In this document: positions 24,822 through 31,013 of the stretch, piece by piece
How positions within the stretch are numbered: position 1 is the first letter of the stretch
Layout of the letters: each line of letters begins with the position of its first letter
Source: Polyangia bacterium
GTDB lineage: Bacteria > Myxococcota_A > Polyangia > Palsa-1104 > JAEUJZ01
Assembly: GCA_038231615.1 (NCBI GenBank)
Contig: JBBRLA010000011.1
Span: forward strand, 1 to 31,013
DNA length: 31,013 bases
Direction of reading: 5' to 3'
Made by a program: the position numbers and the translations under genes
The notes under the pieces: model-generated
Seen by the model: the letters and a program-made list of their open reading frames with translations, nothing else
What the model was told of the DNA's origin: nothing
The model's database searches: none

Positions 24822-24872
24822 CCCCGTCGTGGCTCGCTGATCAACTGCAACGCTGAGCGGGGACCCGGAGGA

Positions 24873-25505
24873 TTATGGGGTCAAGGTGATGGGGTAGCTC
24901 GTCGAGACGGTGAACAGGGCCTTGTCCCGGGACCCGGTGGCGCTGATCTGGAAGGCGTAGTCCCCCGCCGGGAAGGGCGCCCCCTCGGGGTTGCCAGTGT
25001 CGGAGGGCCCGGTCCAGTTCTTCCCATCCCACAGAAATGTCCCCGGATAGGTCCCGGCGTGAAGCGTGTACGCCGGCAAGTTGCCGGGCACGCACCGCCC
25101 GGTGTCGCAGCGACAGTAGCGCTGGGTACCGCCGGAGACTTGACCAAAGACGATGAGCCCGCTGCCGTTGTTGGGGGGATCGCAATGTCCGTTGTCCTGG
25201 GCCACCGGAATGATGCCGGTCACGTCCGCCTGCACCCGCACCTCATAGGGCAGGGTGAGGCCGGCGCGGGCCTGCGCCAGGGTGAAGCGGCACGGGCCAC
25301 TCACCCCGATGGAGACACCCGCCAGGTTCGAGGCTTGCTGGGCAACACAGGCCGCCGCCCCATCGGGCGTGACCGCGATGTCGAGCAGGGTTGTCATGTC
25401 GGGCGCCGCCTTCTGGTCCGGCGCTGCCCCATCCCCAGGGCCCGTGCTCGGGGGCGAGTTGCAAGCCAGGAGGGGGAGGAGCAGGGCGAGATAAAACGTT
25501 CGCAT
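24873..25505 (-). CDS. Hypothetical secreted lipoprotein (about 210 aa).
   Basis: MRTFYLALLLPLLACNSPP signal with lipobox. Several Cys pairs (CRCDTGRC). The start is set at ATG 25505. The track ORF extends to 25805, but the first 100 codons look non-coding. Confidence 0.55.
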   Translation of the reverse strand: MRTFYLALLLPLLACNSPPSTGPGDGAAPDQKAAPDMTTLLDIAVTPDGAAACVAQQASNLAGVSIGVSGPCRFTLAQARAGLTLPYEVRVQADVTGIIPVAQDNGHCDPPNNGSGLIVFGQVSGGTQRYCRCDTGRCVPGNLPAYTLHAGTYPGTFLWDGKNWTGPSDTGNPEGAPFPAGDYAFQISATGSRDKALFTVSTSYPITLTP

Positions 25506-25865
25506 CGTCCAATCACACACGACCCCGGCGGTGGAGTCAAGTATCGAGCAAGTGACTTGGCAAGTGAGGTACTTTCGACGGACGGCTACGACTTGTGCGG
25601 CAAGCTGATCACCCATTTTTGCCCGGCGACCTGCTACCCCCGCCGGATGGTCTCCCCGCCTGCGTCGATGCAGCTGGGTCGAAGGTTGTAGGTTGTAGAT
25701 CCCGGCTTCCCGGGTAAACAGCCCGTTGCTGGCCCGGCGAAACCCGCCGTACGCCTGCCCATCTTGCAGCGCCGCCACGTCATCCATCGACACCGAGTGG
25801 AACATCGGGCCCGATGTTTCCCGTCGGGCTACCTTCTCGGCAACAAGCCATCCGGTCTATCGATC

Positions 25866-25892
25866 TTGTCAATGGATTTTCTTCACTATTGT
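25866..25892 (+). promoter_or_regulatory. Candidate sigma70-like promoter for purMN (TTGTCA-15 nt-TATTGT).
   Basis: AT-rich island ttgtcaatggattttcttcactattgt about 135 bp upstream of the purM ATG. The spacer is short (15 nt), so this is weak. Confidence 0.2.
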
Positions 25893-26027
25893 AGCCTGAA
25901 CCTCTGATCGGCAGTGGCCGGGACACCGGGTGGATGCCCTTTTGCTCACCCGCTGCGACCACGCCTACCGGCACGAACGCCCCCGACGCTTGCGGGAAGC
26001 CGGCGTGCGCGCTACCGTCTCTCGTGC

Positions 26028-27077
26028 ATGGCCGACCCGATCCCCTCCGCTCCGCTCTTCTATCGGGACGCCGGCGTCGACATCGACGCGGGTGACGAGG
26101 TCGTCGAGCGCATCAAGCCCCACGTGCGGCGGACCCTGCAAAAGGGGGTCATGGGGGACCTGGGCGGCTTCGGCGGCCTTTTCGCCGTCCCCTCCGGTTA
26201 CAAGGAGCCGGTCCTGGTCTCCGGCACCGATGGCGTCGGCACCAAGCTGCTCTTGGCCATCCAGAGCGGCCACCACGACACCGTGGGCATCGACCTGGTC
26301 GCCATGTGCGTGAACGACATCCTGTGCAGCGGCGCCGAGCCGCTTTTCTTTCTGGACTACTTCGCCACCGGCAAGTTGGAAGTCGGCGTCGCCGAGGCGG
26401 TCGTCCGCGGCATCGCCGAGGGTTGCGTGCAGGCGGGCTGCGCCCTCATCGGCGGCGAAACCGCCGAGTTGCCGGGGATGTACCGGGACGGTGAATATGA
26501 CCTCGCCGGCTTCTGCGTCGGGGTGGTCGAGCGCGCCGCGATCCTCGACGGCAAGGCCGTGCGCCCAGGCGACCGGGTGCTGGGCCTTTTATCGAGCGGC
26601 TTTCACTCCAACGGGTATTCCCTGGTCCGCAAGGCACTGCTCGGGCCGGACAGCCGCCTGAAGCTTTCGCTTTCCGACCCCGTGCTCTTGCAGGCGCTGC
26701 TCTGCCCGACCCGCATCTATGTTCGCGCCGTGCGACGCCTGCTGGCCGAGGGGCTGCTCTCGGCCTGCGCCCACATCACCGGCGGAGGTTTGGTGGAAAA
26801 CCCGCCCCGGGTGCTGCGCGACGGCCTGCGGATGCGTCTTTCCGAGGGAAGCTGGCCGGTGCCGCCCCTTCAGCGCCGCATTCACGAGGAGGCCGGCGTA
26901 CCCTGGCCGGAGATGCGCCGCACCTTCAACCTGGGGATCGGCATGGTGCTGGTGGTCCCCGCCGACAAGGCCCCCGCCGCCCGCGCTGCCGCGGAGGCCG
27001 AGGGCGAAGCGGTATACGACATCGGCGTGGTCGAGGCCGCGGGCCCGGCGGCCCCGGCAGAGGTGGTGTTCTCATGA
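26028..27077 (+). CDS. purM: Phosphoribosylformylglycinamidine cyclo-ligase (AIR synthetase).
   Basis: [20 protein letters not shown]-terminal hallmark. [17 protein letters not shown]. The start is moved to ATG 26028 ([19 protein letters not shown]). Confidence 0.95.
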   Translation: MADPIPSAPLFYRDAGVDIDAGDEVVERIKPHVRRTLQKGVMGDLGGFGGLFAVPSGYKEPVLVSGTDGVGTKLLLAIQSGHHDTVGIDLVAMCVNDILCSGAEPLFFLDYFATGKLEVGVAEAVVRGIAEGCVQAGCALIGGETAELPGMYRDGEYDLAGFCVGVVERAAILDGKAVRPGDRVLGLLSSGFHSNGYSLVRKALLGPDSRLKLSLSDPVLLQALLCPTRIYVRAVRRLLAEGLLSACAHITGGGLVENPPRVLRDGLRMRLSEGSWPVPPLQRRIHEEAGVPWPEMRRTFNLGIGMVLVVPADKAPAARAAAEAEGEAVYDIGVVEAAGPAAPAEVVFS

Positions 27078-27688
27078 ACCTTGGCGTCGGCGTCCTGTGC
27101 TCCGGGGAGGGCACCAACCTGCAGGCGATTCTCGATGCCGACCGCCGCGGGGAGCTTTTGCCCGCACAGGTCCGCCTGGTCCTTTCCAATGTCCCCGGGG
27201 TGCCGGCCCTGAAACGCGCCGCCGCCGCCGGGGTGCCCGCCTTGGTGGTGGACCATCGGGCCTACGGGCTGGATCGCGCCGCCTTCGAAGACCAACTGGT
27301 TTTGCTGCTGCGCCGCCACGAGGTCTCCATCGTGGCCCTGGCGGGGTTCATGCGCCTGCTGGGGCCGGCGTTTCTGTCGGCGTTTCCCGATCGGGTGCTC
27401 AATGTGCATCCGGCGCTCTTGCCGGCGTTCCCCGGCATGCACGCGCCGCGGCAGGCGCTTTCCTACGGGGTGCGAGTGACCGGCTGCACCGTCCATCTGG
27501 TGGACGAGGGCTGCGACACCGGGCCCATTGTCCTGCAGGCGGCGGTGCCGGTACACGAGAACGATGACGACGCCACCTTGGGCGCCCGCATCCGGGCAGA
27601 GGAACACCGTCTCCTGCCCCTTTGCCTCCGCCTCTGCGCCCAGGGGCGCATCGAACGGCAGGGCCGCCGCGTGGTCATCCGCCCTTGA
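27074..27688 (+). CDS. purN: Phosphoribosylglycinamide formyltransferase.
   Basis: [17 protein letters not shown]-terminus. The formyl-transferase SLLP motif region ([13 protein letters not shown]). ATGA overlap with the purM stop. Confidence 0.9.
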   Translation: MNLGVGVLCSGEGTNLQAILDADRRGELLPAQVRLVLSNVPGVPALKRAAAAGVPALVVDHRAYGLDRAAFEDQLVLLLRRHEVSIVALAGFMRLLGPAFLSAFPDRVLNVHPALLPAFPGMHAPRQALSYGVRVTGCTVHLVDEGCDTGPIVLQAAVPVHENDDDATLGARIRAEEHRLLPLCLRLCAQGRIERQGRRVVIRP

Positions 27689-27716
27689 ACGGCCGAGCGT
27701 GCAATGGCCATAAAAA

Positions 27717-27745
27717 AGGGGCGGCGTGGGTCTCACACCGCCCCG
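27717..27745. terminator. GC-rich hairpin downstream of purN. It is a possible intrinsic or bidirectional terminator.
   Basis: ggggcggcgtg / cacaccgcccc inverted repeat (10 of 11 bp) with an A6 tract immediately 5'. There is no 3' T-tract on the plus strand. Confidence 0.3.
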
Positions 27746-27778
27746 GCACGTGCAAGCATATTCCACTAGGCCCGCCGC

Positions 27779-27835
27779 CGACCTCGACTCACCTCACGCC
27801 CGACCTCGGCCGACCTCGGCCCGACTCACCGCACC
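27779..27835. repeat. Short imperfect direct repeats (cgacctcgg / actcacc units) at the start of a C-skewed non-coding tract.
   Basis: Sequence cgacctcgactcacctcacgcccgacctcggccgacctcggcccgactcaccgcacc. Confidence 0.5.
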
Positions 27836-28238
27836 GCCGCCATGGATCGACAACGGCCGACCATCCGGCCCTCGCTCTGCTCTTCCCCTGCCGCCACCTC
27901 GCGAAGGCTCGCCGCCCTACACTGTCCCAGCGACCCGCGCCCGTCTCTTCGCCCCGCTCCTCCCGCCCGTTCCGATCCCGTCGGGTCTTTTCGCACGCCG
28001 TCTCCCCGTCTCTCGCCCTCCACCCGTTGGGGCTTCTGTCTCGACTGCATGCTCTGCATGTGCATGCTCAAAGTGTGACGCAAGGACCAGGCCAGCCCGC
28101 CAGGCAGCCTCTCGGGCCTTTTTCGTGGCATTTTTTGCGTAAACGAGCTGAACAGGCGAATTTTTTGCGCGTTTTCGGCGGCCACGTCAAGCCGGCAACC
28201 GAGCCTCCGGTCTCGTCCGATCGTGGTATGCTAGGGAG

Positions 28239-28829
28239 ATGGGCATACCGACCTTCGGGGCGTGGCTGATCGTTCCCTGCGCCCTTTCGGCCTGCTACAA
28301 CCCGGACTACGCCGCCGCCCACTACGCCTGCGACGATCATACCCCCTGCCCCACGGGGTTCTCGTGCAACGGCGGCAGGTGCGCGAACCCCAGCCTGGCC
28401 AGCGGCGGGTGCGCCGGGGCGAACGGCTCGCAGGTGGGCAACGACATCCACGCCTGCCCGGGGCTCTTCAACGCCGCGGCGGCGAAGAACCTGTGCCAGA
28501 CCGGTTATGATATCTGCGCCGACGGCACTGGAGTCAGCGCCGACGCCTGCGGTACCTCGGGCTTCTTCGCCACCCGCGCCACCGCCTATCGGGTCGATGA
28601 TGACCCTACCGACGATTCCTGCAAGAAAGACGGCGACCACACCAATCTCATGCTGGTCGGCTGCGGGAAGCTGAACGGCAGCACCCTCTCGTTAAAAAAG
28701 CCCTGCGGCTCCCTTTCCACCGCCCTGGATTGCGTCACCGACAACCAGTGGGTGTGCGCGGCAGGCATCGACGCCGCGACCAACAGGAAGGAACCCACCA
28801 GCGGGGTGCTCTGCTGCCGGGTCAAGTGA
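28239..28829 (+). CDS. Cys-rich secreted lipoprotein (196 aa, about 20 Cys). Function unknown.
   Basis: Hydrophobic leader ending in lipobox ALSAC. Cys spacing patterns CPTGFSCNGGRC, CAGANG, CPGLF, CQTGYDIC suggest a disulfide-knotted extracellular domain. An AT-rich promoter-like stretch lies upstream. Confidence 0.55.
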   Translation: MGIPTFGAWLIVPCALSACYNPDYAAAHYACDDHTPCPTGFSCNGGRCANPSLASGGCAGANGSQVGNDIHACPGLFNAAAAKNLCQTGYDICADGTGVSADACGTSGFFATRATAYRVDDDPTDDSCKKDGDHTNLMLVGCGKLNGSTLSLKKPCGSLSTALDCVTDNQWVCAAGIDAATNRKEPTSGVLCCRVK

Positions 28830-28892
28830 CGCGGCCCGCAGCGCCGGGAGCGCCCCCTCCTGCGTGCCATGAACCTGCCCAGGGACCGCCAC

Positions 28893-30455
28893 TTACCCTT
28901 CCTTTGTCTCGAGGCCGGTGCGGTCCAGGATCGTCGCCACTGTCATGTCGCTGATCACGTTGGTGGCCGCCCGGCAACGTCCGATGATCCAGTCCACCGG
29001 CAGGATCAGCGGCAGGGCGGTCGCCGCCACCGCGTCAGGCAGCCGCGCCGCCGCCAGCACCAGCGGCAGGGTGATGAGCCCCGCCTCGGGCACTCCGGCA
29101 ATGCCGATCCCCGCCATCACCGACGCTGCCGCCACCGCGAGCTGCTGCGGGAACCCCAGGTGGAACCCGAACGCCTGCGACACGAACACCGCCGCGCTGG
29201 CTTCATACAGGATGATCCCGTCGTGGTTCAAATTGGTCCCGACGCATGCCGCCAGCCGCGCCGACCCCTGCGACACCCCCATGCGCTCGGTCAGGCACTT
29301 CAGCGTCACCGGCAGAGTCGCCAGGCTGCTGCCCGCGGACAGGGCAAAGAGGATGGCGTCGGCGGCCCTGGCGAAGAAACGCCGCGGGCTCTCTTTCGCC
29401 ACGAGGCGCAGGAGCAGGCTGTAATAGACGCAGACATGGATGGCGAGCCCGATGAGGATGGTCAGCAGAAACGATCCCAGCACCAGGAACACGCGCAGGC
29501 CGGTGCGCTCCACCACCTGCACGATCACCCCGAAGACCGCGAAGGGGATGATCTTGATCAGCCATTCGAGGATCTGGCTGAACACCCGCAGCCCCGCGCC
29601 CACCGCCCGCTCGATGACATCCACGCCCTCGGCCTCGGCGCCGCCGCGGTCCTTGAGCTTGCGCAGGGACAACCCCAGAAGGATCGAGAGCAGCACCACG
29701 GTGATGATGTTGTTCTTGGCGAAGGGCTCGATCAGGCTTTCGGGGATGTAGCCGGCCAGGTTCTTCAGTGGGTTCAGGGTGGGGACGACGACGGAGGGCG
29801 CATGGCCGGGAGCGGGCGCGACGGGGCCGGCTGTGGCTGTCGCTGGACCCGCTGTGGCTGTCGCTGGACCCGCTGTGGCTGTCGCTTCACCCGCTGTGGC
29901 TGTCGCCGGACCCGCTGTGGCCGTCGCTGGACCCGCTGTGGCTGTCGCTGGACCGACAGCTACCGGGCCGACCTGTGCGCTGAGTATTGGCAGTTGCCCC
30001 TGCCACCTCTCGCCGCCGCGCAGGGTGTTGGCTACCAGCAGGCCGATGGAGAGGGCCACCACCGCGTTGACCGAGCTGAGAAGCACCAGGCGCAGGCCCT
30101 TCCTGGCCGGGATGCGGGTGCGCAGGAAGGCATCGATCACCGCGAAGAGCAAAAGCGGCGTCGCCAGCGCCTTCAGCAGCCGGATGAGGAGCAGCCCGGC
30201 CTCGCCCAGCATGGCGGCCTTGCCGTCGGCGTCGTGCTCGGGATGCCCGGTGCCCCAGGCGCGCAAGGCCAGGCCAAAGCCCACGCCCAGTGCCACGCCC
30301 AAAAGGATGCGCTGGTACAGGGGCAGGGGCTTCTTCCCCCGGCCCGGGCCCGGGCCCGGGCCGGGTCCCGGCCCCTCGGCGCCGAGGCCGTTCCTGGATG
30401 CGGAGGGCCCCGGCCCTTCGGCGCCCCTCATGGCCTCAGCGGCGACGCCGCTCAT
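28893..30455 (-). CDS. Dicarboxylate/amino-acid:cation symporter (DAACS / sodium:dicarboxylate symporter family). It has a low-complexity N-terminal extension and an internal (GPATATA)6 repeat insertion.
   Basis: Family hallmarks: PLYQRILLGVALGVGFGLAL (TM1), the NMDGT-like region AACVGTNLNHDGIILYEASAAVFVSQAF, and the C-terminal ATNVISDMTVATILDR. The start is set at ATG 30455, which overlaps the pdxH stop (ATGA). The track ORF continues to 30806, but that part is Pro/Arg junk overlapping pdxH. Confidence 0.85.
   Translation of the reverse strand: MSGVAAEAMRGAEGPGPSASRNGLGAEGPGPGPGPGPGRGKKPLPLYQRILLGVALGVGFGLALRAWGTGHPEHDADGKAAMLGEAGLLLIRLLKALATPLLLFAVIDAFLRTRIPARKGLRLVLLSSVNAVVALSIGLLVANTLRGGERWQGQLPILSAQVGPVAVGPATATAGPATATAGPATATAGEATATAGPATATAGPATATAGPVAPAPGHAPSVVVPTLNPLKNLAGYIPESLIEPFAKNNIITVVLLSILLGLSLRKLKDRGGAEAEGVDVIERAVGAGLRVFSQILEWLIKIIPFAVFGVIVQVVERTGLRVFLVLGSFLLTILIGLAIHVCVYYSLLLRLVAKESPRRFFARAADAILFALSAGSSLATLPVTLKCLTERMGVSQGSARLAACVGTNLNHDGIILYEASAAVFVSQAFGFHLGFPQQLAVAAASVMAGIGIAGVPEAGLITLPLVLAAARLPDAVAATALPLILPVDWIIGRCRAATNVISDMTVATILDRTGLETKEG
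29829..29955. repeat. Six near-perfect tandem copies of a 21-bp unit (cgctgtggctgtcgctggacc), in frame inside the transporter gene.
   Basis: Direct reading. It encodes GPATATA x6 on the minus strand, with single-base variants in copies 3-5 (E for P; a silent change). Confidence 0.9.
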
Positions 30456-31013
30456 GGGTAAAGGTAACCCAACGTCCAGCCGGCCCCCTGGCGCACGTAC
30501 AGGTCCCGGTCGTGGAGGCGGTGGGCCTGCTCTTGCCAGAACTCGATGCGCCGGGGATCGAGGCGGTAGCCGCCCCAAAAGGGCGGGCGGGGCACCGTCT
30601 GGCCCGGGTATCGGGCCTCGATTTCGTGGAAGCGCCGCAAGAGTTCGTCCCGGGAGGAGAGCGGCTCGCTCTGCCGCGACGCCCACGCCCCGATCTGACT
30701 TATGCGCGGCCGGGTGGCGAAGTAGGCGTCGGACTCCTCGGGGCTGACGCGGACCACGGGGCCTTCGGCGCGGACCTGCGCACCCAGGGAGGGCCAGTGG
30801 AAGCACAGGGCGGCCAGGCCAGAGCCGTCCAGTTCGGCGGCCTTGCGGCTGCCATAGTTAGTATAAAAGACCAGGCCCCGCTCGTCAAAGCCCTTGAGCA
30901 GCACCATGCGCACCGCGGGCCGTCCCTGGTCATCCACGGTGGCCAGGGACATGGCGGTGGGGAGTTTTTCGCCCTCGCCCGCGCGAGACAGCAGATCGTT
31001 AAAGCGGCGGACC
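30452..31013 (-). CDS. pdxH: Pyridoxamine 5'-phosphate oxidase. It is 3'-complete; the 5' end lies beyond the window.
   Basis: LATVDDQGRPAVRMVLLKGFDERGLVFYTNYGSRKAAEL ... RIEFWQEQAHRLHDRDLYVR ... matches PdxH along its length. The frame stays open upstream of Met 30952 to the window end. The stop is at 30452. Confidence 0.9.
   Translation of the reverse strand, partial: VRRFNDLLSRAGEGEKLPTAMSLATVDDQGRPAVRMVLLKGFDERGLVFYTNYGSRKAAELDGSGLAALCFHWPSLGAQVRAEGPVVRVSPEESDAYFATRPRISQIGAWASRQSEPLSSRDELLRRFHEIEARYPGQTVPRPPFWGGYRLDPRRIEFWQEQAHRLHDRDLYVRQGAGWTLGYLYP

Noticed and set aside
28118-28140. Sigma54-like element TGGCA-T6-GC upstream of the Cys-rich lipoprotein gene.
   Set aside because: GG-to-GC spacing is 2 nt short of the -24/-12 consensus, so it is probably just part of the T-rich promoter region.
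29829-29955. The possibility that the 21-bp tandem array is a CRISPR array.
   Set aside because: Units are directly adjacent with no spacers, the unit is 21 bp, and the array lies in frame inside a transporter gene. No cas genes are present.
28869-30747. Plus-strand ORFs 28869..30461 and 29779..30747, antisense to the transporter.
   Set aside because: Arg/Pro/Gly-rich antisense frames. The repeat region reads as (RWTRCGC)n nonsense in this strand.
30456-30806. The N-terminal 117 codons of the track ORF for the transporter (MLPLALPGCAGPRRRPRG...).
   Set aside because: Pro/Arg junk that overlaps pdxH on the same strand in another frame. ATG 30455 gives the ATGA coupling and a sensible N-terminus.

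Overview
This is a 31 kb window of very GC-rich DNA (about 68-72%, dropping to about 57-60% around 7.9-9.5 kb). The gene content, rich in ECF sigma factors, a hybrid histidine kinase, lipoproteins and a REC-GAF-HD-GYP regulator, fits a Myxococcota-like deltaproteobacterial chromosome. I call about 22 protein-coding genes, a mix of housekeeping (purM-purN, pdxH, fabF) and accessory or regulatory genes. The many long antisense or off-frame ORFs in the track are high-GC artefacts.

The most striking feature is a 966-aa ORF (382..3282, +) that aligns convincingly by eye, along its whole length, with eukaryotic major vault protein (MVP), the shell protein of vault particles. The alignment covers N-terminal MVP repeats, the shoulder domain, a cap-helix coiled coil of about 150 aa and the cap-ring tail. 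A roughly 115-aa Pro/Ala-rich disordered insert is spliced into the repeat region. MVP homologues are, to my knowledge, rare and uncharacterised in bacteria.

Downstream of it lie an ECF sigma factor, then a possible small subunit translationally coupled to a GMC flavo-oxidoreductase, and a stand-alone FabF.

Other notable items:
- A low-GC orphan AAA+ ATPase fused to a restriction-endonuclease-like domain.
- A CorE-like ECF sigma factor with a Cys/His-rich tail, divergent from a REC-GAF-HD-GYP regulator.
- A Phd/YefM-VapC toxin-antitoxin pair.
- A complete RND efflux operon.
- A decayed phospholipase-C/acid-phosphatase-family remnant.
- A Cys-rich lipoprotein behind a 550-bp C-skewed non-coding tract.
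- A dicarboxylate/amino-acid:cation symporter carrying six near-perfect in-frame 21-bp tandem repeats (GPATATA)x6, a VNTR-like insertion, translationally coupled (ATGA) to pdxH.

No rRNA, tRNA, CRISPR array or transposase was found.
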